DNA from: Thermoanaerobaculia bacterium
Lineage (GTDB): Bacteria > Acidobacteriota > Thermoanaerobaculia > Multivoradales > JAHEKO01
Length of the DNA: 64,000 nucleotides
Assembly: GCA_947259925.1 (NCBI GenBank)
Contig: CAMYOG010000042.1
Location: 15,221-79,220, forward strand
Direction: 5' to 3'
The notes below the pieces were generated by a model. That model made no database searches. It was not told the origin of the DNA and worked only from the letters and a program-made list of their open reading frames with translations. Of this stretch, positions 18,549 through 28,137 are shown in pieces. The translations under genes were made by a program, and so were the position numbers. Positions within the stretch are counted from its first letter, which is position 1, and every line of letters begins with the position of its first letter.

Positions 18549-20498
18549 CTATCCGGCCTTCATCCGGTTCCAGGCGAAGAGGCCGCCACCGACCAGCAGC
18601 GCCAGGGCGACCAGGAGCAGCCAGTTGGATTGCCGCTCGCCGCCGCCACTGGCCTGGCCCTGACCCTGCGCGACCGTTTCATCGGCACTGCTGGCACTGC
18701 TGGCACCGCTGGCACCGCCGGCGTCGCTCCCCTGGCCACCACCATCCTCACCAGCTACTCCCCCGTCACCGGTCTGAGCCCCAGCGCTGTCGCTCTCGAT
18801 CACGAAGGTCGCGGTGTCGCAGGCGCTCACCGAGCCGCTCTCACGCGAGCCCTCGGCGCACGCCTCGTTCTCGAGCGCCATCCGGCAGGTGTAGGTCTGG
18901 GTGTCGCCCGCCGCCATCGCTCCGAGCGAGCGCTCGCAATCGGGCGCCAGCTCGTCGATCACCTCGACGGTATCGAGACTGCAGCCGTGATTGGTGACCG
19001 TGATCTCGAAGGTCGCTCCGCCCTCGTCCGCGCCGGCGAACGACTTGTCGATCTCGAGTCCGATCAGCTCGACCGTCGAGGTGTCGCTGTCGGTCACCGT
19101 CTCTCCGCCCGCCGCGCCCGAAGCGACGATCTCGTTCACGAAGCGGCAGTCGGTGACGTTCTCACCGCCGAGAGCGAGGCCGGGCGCGGTGCAGGTGTAG
19201 CGACGCGACGCTCCGGGTGCAAGCGACGCGAACTCGCGATTGCAGTCCGGCGACAGGATATCGGCCACCTTGACCTCGGAGAGCGTCAGCCCGCCGGTGT
19301 TCTTGACGAAGACCTCGAAGGTGGCATCGGTGCCGCTCGGCACGCCGCGCGTATCCGGACCCTTCTTCTGCTTGCGCAGGTAGATGCCCGGCACTCCCGG
19401 TCCGCTGCAGTAGTGGCTCGGATCGGTATCGGTCGCGTCGAGCTCGGAGACCCTCCCGACCGCCTTGACCGAGCCGATGTTGCCGTAGAGGCGCTGGTCC
19501 CGGCTGTTGCGGCAGACGCCGAGAACCGGCTCGAAGCCGAGATCGCCAGAGGCGAGATTCAACGCCGCGCCGCTCGCCGAGCACTCCATCGATTCACCCG
19601 GCTCAAGGGTGTCTCGCGGACAGCTGACCTCGACGCCGCGATCGTCGATCACGGTGACGTTTTGCAGCTGCTCGGTGCCGGTGTTGGTCACCTGATAGGT
19701 CCAGGTGACCGGTCCGCCGATCAGCAGGAACGGTATGTCAGAGCCGGTCGGCAGGTCGGCCTGGCTACCGTTGGTCAGGGTCTCGATATCGATCCGCGGG
19801 CCTGGCTTCTCGAGCTGTACGCTGCTGATCGCGCCCGAGCCGTGCAACTCGACGACCATCTTGAAAACGTTCTCGGTCGGTCCGAGGTCGACGTGTACGA
19901 CGCCGTTGTCGCCGGTGATCGGCAGATTGCGGCTCTCGATCAGGCCGCCGTCGGCACCGTACAGATGCACCGCGGGGGTCTTCTCCTGGTCCTCGACGTC
20001 GATCAGCGTCATCCGATAGACGGTCAGCGGGCCGACCTCCTCCAAGTCGAGCGTGAAGCTCAGCTGGCGGAACTGGCCCTCGTCGTCGGGGTCGTCGATC
20101 AGACCGTCCCCGTCGAGGTCGGCGAGGCTCTCGGCGAGAATCAGGAGCTTGCCGAGCGGCTCAGGGTTCTCGAACGGCGCTCCACGGACACCGCCCCGGC
20201 CCTTCCCGGGAGTCGGTCGGTCCTCGGTGCCGAACGTCTCGTTCGGAGCGCCGAGGTCGAAGTCGTCGCCGGTCGGGTTGCCGGTGTCGAAAACGATCGC
20301 CGCGTTGATGCCCTCTCCGAAGCGCTCGTTGAAGCCGTAGACCTTGATCGGACCGGTGCCCTGAGTGCCGAAGACCTCGTCCACCACCTTGCCTACCGGC
20401 AGGCTGGTGAAGTCGACGACTTCGACTGCGGCGCCGGCGCTGGCCGCGACGAGCAGCAGGCACGCTGCGAAGACGAAGACGCTTCTGGAAATTCTCAT
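18549..20498 (-). CDS. cell-surface protein with DUF11-type (conserved repeat domain) repeats and a C-terminal Gly-rich/TM/basic anchor
   Basis: Signal peptide; three repeats of the TWTYQVTNTG / FEVFVKNTGG / FEITVTNHG type; C-terminus ASGGGERQSNWLLLVALALLVGGGLFAWNRMKAG; a Ser/Ala/Gly low-complexity stretch encoded by a 9-bp tandem repeat at 18684-18728. Confidence 0.6.
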   Translation of the reverse strand: MRISRSVFVFAACLLLVAASAGAAVEVVDFTSLPVGKVVDEVFGTQGTGPIKVYGFNERFGEGINAAIVFDTGNPTGDDFDLGAPNETFGTEDRPTPGKGRGGVRGAPFENPEPLGKLLILAESLADLDGDGLIDDPDDEGQFRQLSFTLDLEEVGPLTVYRMTLIDVEDQEKTPAVHLYGADGGLIESRNLPITGDNGVVHVDLGPTENVFKMVVELHGSGAISSVQLEKPGPRIDIETLTNGSQADLPTGSDIPFLLIGGPVTWTYQVTNTGTEQLQNVTVIDDRGVEVSCPRDTLEPGESMECSASGAALNLASGDLGFEPVLGVCRNSRDQRLYGNIGSVKAVGRVSELDATDTDPSHYCSGPGVPGIYLRKQKKGPDTRGVPSGTDATFEVFVKNTGGLTLSEVKVADILSPDCNREFASLAPGASRRYTCTAPGLALGGENVTDCRFVNEIVASGAAGGETVTDSDTSTVELIGLEIDKSFAGADEGGATFEITVTNHGCSLDTVEVIDELAPDCERSLGAMAAGDTQTYTCRMALENEACAEGSRESGSVSACDTATFVIESDSAGAQTGDGGVAGEDGGGQGSDAGGASGASSASSADETVAQGQGQASGGGERQSNWLLLVALALLVGGGLFAWNRMKAG

Positions 20499-20643
20499 GC
20501 ATCCACCCCCGGGTAGGAGAACCTACGGCAGGTCGATCGCTCCGCGAGCGCTCGACGCTGGGAATCACGCGTTCCGGATAAGAAACATTTTAGCGCAACT
20601 CGACCGCCGCCGGGCTCGTCGATGCGCACATGCGCAAGTCGTT

Positions 20644-20666
20644 ATCTCCTCTGTTTCCAAGGAGAT
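20644..20666 (-). terminator. hairpin (ATCTCCT-N9-AGGAGAT) 13 nt downstream of the coxB (cluster 1) stop
   Basis: 7-bp perfect stem; a weak U-tract follows on the minus strand. Confidence 0.3.
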
Positions 20667-20678
20667 GCGCAGATTTGG

Positions 20679-21458
20679 CTAACCGCCCTGCTCGGCCAGC
20701 CAGGCCTCGAAACCGCCCTGCTCGTGCACGGTGATGAAGCCCCGCATCCGATAGTGGCCGAGGCCGCAGAGCTGCGCGCAGGCGATCTCCCAGCATTCCT
20801 TCTCGGCCGCGCAGGCGGGCAAGGTCGCCGCCGCCGGCGTCGGCATCACCGCGGTGAAGTGGATCGGAGTCTCCATGCCCGGAATCGCGTCCTGTTTCAC
20901 CCGCAGCACCGGCAACGCGAAGCTGTGGATCACGTCCTTGGAGGACAGGAGGACCGTTACCGGCCGATCGACCGGCAGGTGGAGCTGGTTGATCGTGACG
21001 ATGTCGTCCGCACCGGCGGAATCTTCGGGGTCGAGACCGATCGGGTTCGAGGCGCCCATCAGCTCCGCCTTCTGGGAGCCGAAGACGCCGTCCGGCCCCG
21101 GATAGTGGATGTTCCAGGCGAATTGCTCACCGATCACCCGGACCGTCAGCGGGTTGTCGCCGGCGGCCGGCGGCGTGACCCAACGCGCCCACGCCGGGAT
21201 GGCGAAACCGACGAGGATGATCGCTTCGGCGATCACGACCCCGATCTCGGTCCAGGTCGAGATCTTGGACTTGGCACCGACGTAGTCGGCCTTCGGCTGG
21301 CGTCCGGCGCGGTAGCGGAACAGCACCCAGATGAAGTAGATCCCCCAGCCGACGAAGAGCAGCGCCATCAGCCAGTGGACGATAGCGTTCATCTGATCCA
21401 GCTCGGCGCCGTGCGCCGACGCGTCGATCGGCATCCAGCGAGCCAGTAAGTCCTTCAT
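20679..21458 (-). CDS. coxB: cytochrome c oxidase subunit II (CuA-containing), cluster 1
   Basis: Two N-terminal TM segments and a cupredoxin domain with full CuA ligands (H ... CAQLCGLGHYRM). Confidence 0.75.
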   Translation of the reverse strand: MKDLLARWMPIDASAHGAELDQMNAIVHWLMALLFVGWGIYFIWVLFRYRAGRQPKADYVGAKSKISTWTEIGVVIAEAIILVGFAIPAWARWVTPPAAGDNPLTVRVIGEQFAWNIHYPGPDGVFGSQKAELMGASNPIGLDPEDSAGADDIVTINQLHLPVDRPVTVLLSSKDVIHSFALPVLRVKQDAIPGMETPIHFTAVMPTPAAATLPACAAEKECWEIACAQLCGLGHYRMRGFITVHEQGGFEAWLAEQGG

Positions 21459-21677
21459 CTACTTCACTCCTCCTTCAATGAGGCTGAATCGTCCGCGCTG
21501 TCGCTCCAACCGTCTGGCGCGAACTCGAAAGCTGACGAACAGAGCCCAGAAACCGATCTGCACGAAGACGACGAATCCGAGCAGCACCAGAATGCCGTTG
21601 TTCACTCCCGCCGCCATCGGCGAGTCGGGATCACCGAGGCAAACCGTGCACGCCGACGCCACCGCCGGCCAGAGCAT
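21459..21677 (-). CDS. possible small membrane protein with CxxC (72 aa), not called as an ORF of its own
   Basis: The C-terminal 72 codons of the spurious long ORF 21459..22880 read MLWPAVASACTVCLGDPDSPMAAGVNNGILVLLGFVVFVQIGFWALFVSF..., with one TM segment and an ATG at 21675-21677. It sits between the 66-aa ORF and coxB. Confidence 0.3.
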   Translation of the reverse strand: MLWPAVASACTVCLGDPDSPMAAGVNNGILVLLGFVVFVQIGFWALFVSFRVRARRLERQRGRFSLIEGGVK

Positions 21678-21721
21678 GGCCGCCACGACCAGAACGGAGA
21701 CTGCGAACCGCGGCAGCACGC

Positions 21722-21922
21722 TCAACCGAGCTCCTTGAGCTTCTGGAAATACCGGGTGCCATAGACCACCAGGCCCAGGCCGACCACGAAGAAGACCCCG
21801 GCGAGCACCAGCCCGCCCTTGTCGCCGAGCGTCAGATACTGCTGGACCCCCCACCCCGCCACCATCGCCGACAGCGCGATCGAAAGAGCGATGAACAGGA
21901 CGTGAAAGATGCGCAGCGACAT
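21722..21922 (-). CDS. small two-TM membrane protein (66 aa) inside the oxidase operon
   Basis: Hydrophobic ORF 4 nt downstream of coxD. Confidence 0.4.
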   Translation of the reverse strand: MSLRIFHVLFIALSIALSAMVAGWGVQQYLTLGDKGGLVLAGVFFVVGLGLVVYGTRYFQKLKELG

Positions 21923-21925
21923 CGG

Positions 21926-22228
21926 CTAGCTCCCGGTCGACCCCATCATGCTGCCGAGCGGCAAGACCAGGAGCACCACGAAGAAGACCGCCGTGATCAG
22001 GAGCACGGTGTAGATCAGCTTGCGCTCCGAGATCAGGTGCATGAAGTAGCACGCCACCAGCGAGCCCTTGATGGTCGCCACCAGCAGCGCCAGCGCCACC
22101 GCGACACCGAAGCTGACGTTCATGTAGCTGATGGCCACCGTCACCGCGGTGAACGCGGCGAGCGCGAAGAAGACGTTGCGGTAGACCCGCGTCTCCTTCT
22201 TGATCTCTTCGACTGTATGTCCCCCCAT
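21926..22228 (-). CDS. coxD: cytochrome c oxidase subunit IV (bacterial caa3/aa3-type small subunit)
   Basis: 100 aa, 3 TM segments, in the position and of the size expected for CtaF/CoxD-like subunits. Confidence 0.55.
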   Translation of the reverse strand: MGGHTVEEIKKETRVYRNVFFALAAFTAVTVAISYMNVSFGVAVALALLVATIKGSLVACYFMHLISERKLIYTVLLITAVFFVVLLVLPLGSMMGSTGS

Positions 22229-22237
22229 CGGTCCTCC

Positions 22238-22828
22238 TTACAGTAGGTAGAGGGTCGGGAACAGGAAGATCCAGACCAGGTCGACGAAGTGCCAGTAGAG
22301 ACCACAGGTCTCGATGCGGTTGGTGAAGCGCTCGGGCTCGGTCTGCCACATCTTGGCACCCGGACCGAGGAAGTAGGCGAAGACCACCATGCCGCCGACC
22401 ACGTGCAGACCGTGCAGGCCGGTGAGCAGGAAGTAGGTCGAGTAGAAGTTGTCGGTCGACGGATAGATGCCGTGCGAGAACTTGGAGCCGTACTCGATCG
22501 CTTTGATGACCATGAAGATGACCCCGCAGCCGAAGGTCGCCCACAGATACATCTTGAACTTGCCGAACTCCTTGAGCCTCAGCGACGCCCACGCCATGAC
22601 CACGGTGACACTCGAAGCGATCAGGACGAAGGTGTTGACCGTTGCCAGCGGCACGTTCAGCTTCTCGGCGCCGTGCGGCCAGTAGTCCGCACCGGTTCGC
22701 AGCAGGATGAGCGCCGAGAAGAGCGCCCCGAAGAGCATCACCTCGGAGGCGAGGAAGAGCCAGATGCCGAGCTTGGCGTTGTAGAGACCGGTGTCCGGCC
22801 GCTCTTCGACGGTGTAGGGAATCTGCAT
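22238..22828 (-). CDS. coxC: cytochrome c oxidase subunit III
   Basis: Subunit III signature near the C-terminus ([19 protein letters not shown]) and conserved regions of the GLYWHFVD type. Confidence 0.8.
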   Translation of the reverse strand: MQIPYTVEERPDTGLYNAKLGIWLFLASEVMLFGALFSALILLRTGADYWPHGAEKLNVPLATVNTFVLIASSVTVVMAWASLRLKEFGKFKMYLWATFGCGVIFMVIKAIEYGSKFSHGIYPSTDNFYSTYFLLTGLHGLHVVGGMVVFAYFLGPGAKMWQTEPERFTNRIETCGLYWHFVDLVWIFLFPTLYLL

Positions 22829-22833
22829 CTCGG

Positions 22834-24612
22834 TCAGCCCTCCTGCACCACCGCGTTCTGCGGCGTGAAGTCCTGGTCATGGCCGGGCACGCTGTACTCG
22901 TACGGGCCGCGGGTGACGACCGGAATCTCCGAGAAGTTGCCGTGCGCGATCGGCGGCGACGGCGCCGCCACCCACTCGAGCGTGGTCGCCTGCCAGGGGT
23001 TGGAGTCGACCTTCTTCCCCTTTTTGATGCTCAGGAAGAAGTTGATGATGAACGGCAGCTGCGCCAGGAGCAGACCGTAGGCCGAGTACGACATCACCTT
23101 GTTGAGGCCGAGCACGCTCTGGGCGTGGGCGTACTGGTCGCCGCCGTCGTAGAGCCGCCGCGAGACACCGGCCAGCCCCTGGATGAACATCGGCATGAAG
23201 ACGCCGTTCATGAACAGGAGCGACGGCCAGAAGTGGAGCTTGCCCAGGGCTTCGCTCATCTTGCGGCCGGTCACCTTCGGGAACCAGTAGTAGATGCCGG
23301 CGAAGATCGCGAAGATCGTTCCGGGCGCGACCACGTAGTGGAAGTGGCCGATCACGTAGTAGGTGTCGTGCAGATGAATGTCGGTCGGCGCCAGTCCGAG
23401 CGGCAGGCCGGTCAGCCCGCCGATTCCGAACATGATCAGGAACGCCAGCGAGAAGAGCATCGGCGTGTTGAAGCGGATCGAGCCGCCCTTGAGCGACATG
23501 AAGAGGGCGGTCAGGATGACCACCGACGGCACCGAGATGATCATGGTGGTGGTCTGGAAGAAGGCGCTGATGGTGGTGCCCATGCCGGTCATGAACATGT
23601 GGTGCGCCCAGACGATGAACGACATGGCGCCGAGGAAGATCGCCGAGTAGACCATCGCCTTGTAGCCCCAGAGCGGCTTGCGGATGTTGTTGGCGATCAC
23701 CTCGGCGACGATGCCCATCGCCGGCAGGATCAGCACGTAGACCTCGGGGTGGGCCAGGAACCAGAAGAGATGCTGCCAGAGGAGTGGACTACCGCCGCCG
23801 GCGTACGGTTGTACCTCACCGCTCACGACCAGGCCCTCGGGCATGAAGAAGCTGGTCTCCAGCACCCGGTCGAGGAGCTGCATGAAGCCCGCCGCCTCGA
23901 GGGGCGGGAACGCCAGCAGGAGCAGGAACGCGGTCACGAACTGCGCCCATACGAAGAACGGGAAGCGCATGTACGAGAGCCCCTTGGCTCGCAGCTGGAT
24001 GACGGTGGTAATGAAGTTGACCGAGCCGAGCAGCGAGGAGGTGATCAGGAAGACCATGCCGATCAGCCAGAAGGTCTGTCCGGTGGTCGCCGTCACCGAG
24101 AGCGGAGCGTAGGAGGTCCAGCCGGAGTTGGCCGCACCGCCGGGCACGAAGAAGCTCACCGCCATGACCACGCCGCCCGACGCGTAGACCCAGTAGCTCG
24201 CCATGTTGAGCTTCGGGAACGCCATGTCGGGCGCGCCGATCTGCAGCGGTAGCACGTAGTTGCCGAAGGCGCCGACCAGGAGCGGCACGATCGCCATGAA
24301 CACCATGATCGTGCCGTGCATCGCTCCGAGCTGGTTGTAGAACTCCGGCAGCATGATGCCGCCGGGCGCGTTGGCCTCGCCGAGCAGCCCACCGATGATC
24401 GGGATCGGCCGGCCGGGAAAAGCCAGCTGCCAGCGCATGATCAGCATCAGGGTGAAGCCGAACAGCAGGAAAACCAGAGAGGTCAGCGCATACTGGATGC
24501 CGATCACCTTGTGGTCCTGGGAGAAGACGTACTTCGTCCAGAACGACTCGTGGTGATGGTGCTCCTCGTGATGCTCCTCTTCTGGATGCTTTTCGAGAAC
24601 GCTCATCAACAC
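22834..24612 (-). CDS. coxA: cytochrome c oxidase subunit I (haem-copper oxidase catalytic subunit) with a His/Glu-rich N-terminal extension
   Basis: CuB and haem ligand motifs ([20 protein letters not shown]); N-terminal [14 protein letters not shown]. Confidence 0.9.
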   Translation of the reverse strand: MLMSVLEKHPEEEHHEEHHHHESFWTKYVFSQDHKVIGIQYALTSLVFLLFGFTLMLIMRWQLAFPGRPIPIIGGLLGEANAPGGIMLPEFYNQLGAMHGTIMVFMAIVPLLVGAFGNYVLPLQIGAPDMAFPKLNMASYWVYASGGVVMAVSFFVPGGAANSGWTSYAPLSVTATTGQTFWLIGMVFLITSSLLGSVNFITTVIQLRAKGLSYMRFPFFVWAQFVTAFLLLLAFPPLEAAGFMQLLDRVLETSFFMPEGLVVSGEVQPYAGGGSPLLWQHLFWFLAHPEVYVLILPAMGIVAEVIANNIRKPLWGYKAMVYSAIFLGAMSFIVWAHHMFMTGMGTTISAFFQTTTMIISVPSVVILTALFMSLKGGSIRFNTPMLFSLAFLIMFGIGGLTGLPLGLAPTDIHLHDTYYVIGHFHYVVAPGTIFAIFAGIYYWFPKVTGRKMSEALGKLHFWPSLLFMNGVFMPMFIQGLAGVSRRLYDGGDQYAHAQSVLGLNKVMSYSAYGLLLAQLPFIINFFLSIKKGKKVDSNPWQATTLEWVAAPSPPIAHGNFSEIPVVTRGPYEYSVPGHDQDFTPQNAVVQEG

Positions 24613-24776
24613 ACTCCTCGAGATGCACTACTGGAGACCTGTTGCGGAAGTACCCCCCCTGCCCCCCGAAGCAGGCCGATTGAAATCGCTTGCGGAGCGG
24701 AGTCTACGACAGAGCCCGGGGGGTCGCAAGGCGGCTAGACGAGAGCCTCGAGACCGCCCGCGCAGCGCCCGCACGG

Positions 24777-25343
24777 CTAGGAAACCCGGGCGAGAATCCG
24801 CCTGATCTGGTCTATGTGCTCGAGAGTGTGCGGATGGGGAATCAGCGCCAGGCACTTCCAGTCGAGAGTCTCGGTCCACTCGAGCGCTTCGAGCTCGCCT
24901 CGCTCGTCTTCGATCTTGATCACCATCACCAGCGGTACCGTGGGGGTGAGCGGTAGATCGTCGTCGGCACGAAGCAACACGTCCAGAAAGCGGCGATGCA
25001 TCGTCCGCAGCCAGGCGACCGTATCGGCCCACGATCGTTCGAGCGCCTCGGCCGAGATCAGGTGGGCCGGAATCGCGGCCCCGGGCGGCTCACCCTCGAT
25101 CGCGGCTCCGAGTTGTTCGACCGCGGGCTCGAGGCTGATCGCCAGATGGTCGACGACCTCTTGAACGCACCATGTATCCGCATCTGGCGCCTGTGCCGCT
25201 GTCTCGCTGTCGATCGATGCGAGCAGACGCTCGAGCTCGGCGAACGTCCGTTCGACGCGCGATCGAATGGACTCGAGCGGCGCCTCGGTCCCCTTGCGAC
25301 GCAGATATGCGAGCGCCCGCTCCTGTGCGGGATGCAGGGTCAC
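24777..25343 (-). CDS. DinB/YfiT-like (DinB_2) metal-dependent hydrolase-fold protein
   Basis: A three-His pattern including HTLEHIDQI near the C-terminus; GTG start overlapping the upstream stop as GTGA; the upstream part of the track ORF is rejected. Confidence 0.55.
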   Translation of the reverse strand: MTLHPAQERALAYLRRKGTEAPLESIRSRVERTFAELERLLASIDSETAAQAPDADTWCVQEVVDHLAISLEPAVEQLGAAIEGEPPGAAIPAHLISAEALERSWADTVAWLRTMHRRFLDVLLRADDDLPLTPTVPLVMVIKIEDERGELEALEWTETLDWKCLALIPHPHTLEHIDQIRRILARVS

Positions 25344-25945
25344 TCGGCGGTCTCCCAGGCGAGGACAGCGCGCCCGCGCGGCGACAGCTCGTAGCCGATC
25401 GGGTAGCTGACGGTCAGACTGAGCGCCTTGAGCCGACGCACGCTCGCCTTGAAGACCCGCGTTTCGAGCCCGAGCTCGGCGGCCAGCTGGGAGGCGGCGG
25501 TGCGCGGCCGGCTCGCGATCGCCCGCAGCGTCGACTCGGTCCACGGTCCCCGCCGGCTGCGTCGATCCATCCGCTCGAGCTCGCGGCGAAGCTCGCTGAG
25601 CGCTTCCGGGCTGACGTCGGCCCGCAACGCGACGCGCGGGTCCTGCCGCTCGCCGAGATAGCGGAAGGAGACCGCGAAGACCCGGTCCGCGGGTCCGAGC
25701 TCGCGCCGACCGGTGCGGCCCAGTTCTCGACGGAGCTCCACCGCAGTCGTGAACCCGGCCGCGCGTGCCTGGCGCTCGCCGATCGAAGCCAGCTTCACGC
25801 GCTCGATCGACTCGACTTCCACTATGTCCGAGCGGCCGAAGCGGTAGCGCCCGCCCACCTTGACGCGAGCGCTCGCCCACGCCCGGAAGGTCACGGTCAC
25901 CGAGCCGCTCCGGATCCCTTCGTGGAAACGCTCCTTGAACAGCAT
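25340..25945 (-). CDS. hypothetical protein (ASCH-like N-terminus, possible winged-helix C-terminus)
   Basis: 201-aa ORF; its N-terminal region resembles ASCH/PUA-like folds; weak. Confidence 0.4.
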   Translation of the reverse strand: MLFKERFHEGIRSGSVTVTFRAWASARVKVGGRYRFGRSDIVEVESIERVKLASIGERQARAAGFTTAVELRRELGRTGRRELGPADRVFAVSFRYLGERQDPRVALRADVSPEALSELRRELERMDRRSRRGPWTESTLRAIASRPRTAASQLAAELGLETRVFKASVRRLKALSLTVSYPIGYELSPRGRAVLAWETAE

Positions 25946-25954
25946 CGGGGCGCG

Positions 25955-26629
25955 TCAGCCAGCCGGTGCGCCGCGGCGGCCCGACGGGACGGGTAGCCTC
26001 GCCCACTCAGCCGTACCGATCAGGATCAGCCGGGACCAGATCTGGTCGACCGGCAGCTCGAAGAGGTGCGTCGGGCGACCGTCCACCAGATGCCAGCCAC
26101 CGACGGCGAGCTCGGCCTCGAGCTGGCCCGGCGCCCATCCCGCATAGCCGGCGTAGGCCCGATAGGTATCGCTCTCCTCGGGCGCGCTGACCAGGCGCTC
26201 CAGCAGCTCACGGCTATGACTCAGATAGACGTCAGCGAACACCCGCTCCGCGCTCTCCGGCTCCGACGCGGCCTGGAGGAGCAGAGAGAAGCGCGCCGGC
26301 TCGACCGGTCCGCCGATGAACACCGGCTCGGCGAGCTCGGCCGGCTCTCCCTCGACCCCGGGCAGCACACTCTCCAGCGCGATCTCGGACGGCCGGTTGA
26401 TGATCAGTCCGACCGCACCGGTCCGCCGGCCGTAGTCGACGATCAGGACGACCGTCTGGCGGAAGTTGGGGTCCTGGAGCTGACGGCTGGCGACCAGCAG
26501 CTTGCCCGGCTCGAGGTCGTCCGCCTGGTCCCCGACGCCTTGACACAGCGCCGGGGACGCCAGTCCGACCGTCAGGAGTGGCACCAGCCATCCGGCCGCT
26601 CGAGACCTGCTCCGTCTGGCCCACGTCAT
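25955..26629 (-). CDS. YqgE/AlgH-family (UPF0301/DUF179) protein with signal peptide
   Basis: LLVASRQLQDPNFRQTVVLIVDY...GAVGLIINRP...VFIGGPVEP...YAGYAGWAPGQLEAEL matches family conservation. Confidence 0.6.
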   Translation of the reverse strand: MTWARRSRSRAAGWLVPLLTVGLASPALCQGVGDQADDLEPGKLLVASRQLQDPNFRQTVVLIVDYGRRTGAVGLIINRPSEIALESVLPGVEGEPAELAEPVFIGGPVEPARFSLLLQAASEPESAERVFADVYLSHSRELLERLVSAPEESDTYRAYAGYAGWAPGQLEAELAVGGWHLVDGRPTHLFELPVDQIWSRLILIGTAEWARLPVPSGRRGAPAG

Positions 26630-26714
26630 CCGCCGACTCTATCCGAGTCGTACGACGCCCGATTCGAGGCGCACGGTTGCCGCGGCGCCGGTCGGCGCGT
26701 ATGCTGGCCCCCGG

Positions 26715-27551
26715 GTGAAGGAGGCTCGCTTCTATCTCGCCGGCGGGATCGTCGCTTTCGGCGGCCTGGGCGCCCTGCTGCTCGCCGGCACCAGTCGGGC
26801 GGCGGTGTTGCTCGTGCTCGGTGGACTGGCGACGATCGGCTTCGGCGTCTGGACGGCATGGCGCCGCTCGCACCGGGTGCGCGTGGAGATCGAGGACGAC
26901 CACCTCCATCCGCGGCCGGTCCTCGACGAGCCCAAGGGTACGTTCGATCTCATCACCGGGATGGCCGTGCGGGTCTGTAACCGGCTGGAGGAGCCGGTCG
27001 GTATCCGGATCGATACGCTGCTCTACGAGCGCACTCGCTGGAAGTGGGATCGACCGGTCTCGGACGCCCGCCCGGTCCGTCTTCTGGCCTCTTCGGTGGT
27101 TCCCGGCAAGACATCCAAGTCGTTTATTGTCAAGAACTACACCCGCATCCCCGACAGCGTCGACGAGCTCACCACGAGTTATTTCGTCAAGCTTCTGATC
27201 GAGACCTCCGACTACGGCAAGAGCCTCCATCGGGTCTTCCTGCGCGAGCACTTCGAGCTCCCGAAGGAGATTCCCCTGCAGCCGGAGCCGGACGAGTCGA
27301 TGGTCTCCGAGAAGGCTCCCCTCCTCCCCTTCTCCGAGCGCCTGGAGAGCGCGCGGCCGCCCGTGCGTCGGCGCTCGCTGGCCGAGCGCTTGCGCGCCCT
27401 CCGCAAGCGGCTCGGAATCCACCGGGCCGAGGAGGAGACCGGTGAGTTCAAGATCCACCGGCTGCACGAGAGCACCGACAGCCTCGACGGGTTGATCGAC
27501 GAGATCAACGCCGAGCTCGAGAAAGAGCTGCAGAGCGGCGGACGCGGCTAG
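26715..27551 (+). CDS. hypothetical membrane-anchored protein (2 N-terminal TM segments)
   Basis: GTG start; the hydrophobic N-terminus is followed by a soluble charged domain. Confidence 0.45.
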   Translation: MKEARFYLAGGIVAFGGLGALLLAGTSRAAVLLVLGGLATIGFGVWTAWRRSHRVRVEIEDDHLHPRPVLDEPKGTFDLITGMAVRVCNRLEEPVGIRIDTLLYERTRWKWDRPVSDARPVRLLASSVVPGKTSKSFIVKNYTRIPDSVDELTTSYFVKLLIETSDYGKSLHRVFLREHFELPKEIPLQPEPDESMVSEKAPLLPFSERLESARPPVRRRSLAERLRALRKRLGIHRAEEETGEFKIHRLHESTDSLDGLIDEINAELEKELQSGGRG

Positions 27552-27555
27552 CGGG

Positions 27556-28137
27556 TCAGCTCAGCTCGCGGTGGCGGAAGCAGGCGGTCCGATGGTCGTT
27601 GACCATCCCCGCCGCCTGCATGTACGCGTAGCAGATCGTCGAGCCGACGAAGTTCATCCCGCGCTGCTTCAGGTCCTTGCTCATGGCGTCCGACTCGGCG
27701 GTGCTCGCCGGTATCTCTTCCAGGGTCCGCCAGCGGTTCTGGATGGTCTCTCCGCCGACGAACCGCCAGACGTAGGCGTCGAACGAGCCGAACTCCCGCT
27801 GGATCTTCAGGAAGACCCGAGCGTTGCGCACCGCCGACTCCACCTTCAGACGGTTGCGGACGATCCCCGGATCGCGCAGTAGCGACTCGATCTTGCGCTT
27901 GCCGTAGCGGGCGACCTTGGCGGGATCGAAGCCCGAGAAGACCTTGCGGTAGCGAGCACGCTTGTGCAGGATCGTCCGCCAGCTCAACCCCGCCTGGGCA
28001 CCGTCGAGCACCAGGAACTCGAAATGGCGACGATCGTCGTGAAGCGGCACACCCCACTCGCGATCGTGGTACTCGATCATCAGCGGATCGTCGCCAGGCC
28101 AACCACAGCGCTCCAGTTCCGGTGACAGGATACTCAT
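27556..28137 (-). CDS. tag: DNA-3-methyladenine glycosylase I
   Basis: Tag family conservation (EYHDREWGVP...DGAQAGLSWRTIL...CYAYMQAAGMVNDH). The first six codons (MSILSP) are encoded by the repeat B unit. Confidence 0.85.
   Translation of the reverse strand: MSILSPELERCGWPGDDPLMIEYHDREWGVPLHDDRRHFEFLVLDGAQAGLSWRTILHKRARYRKVFSGFDPAKVARYGKRKIESLLRDPGIVRNRLKVESAVRNARVFLKIQREFGSFDAYVWRFVGGETIQNRWRTLEEIPASTAESDAMSKDLKQRGMNFVGSTICYAYMQAAGMVNDHRTACFRHRELS

Noticed and set aside
21459-22880. 473-aa ORF covering coxD and coxC on the minus strand in another frame
   Set aside because: Out of frame with the coxC/coxD genes. Only its last 72 codons, downstream of the 66-aa ORF, are hydrophobic and plausible, and they are reported separately at low confidence.
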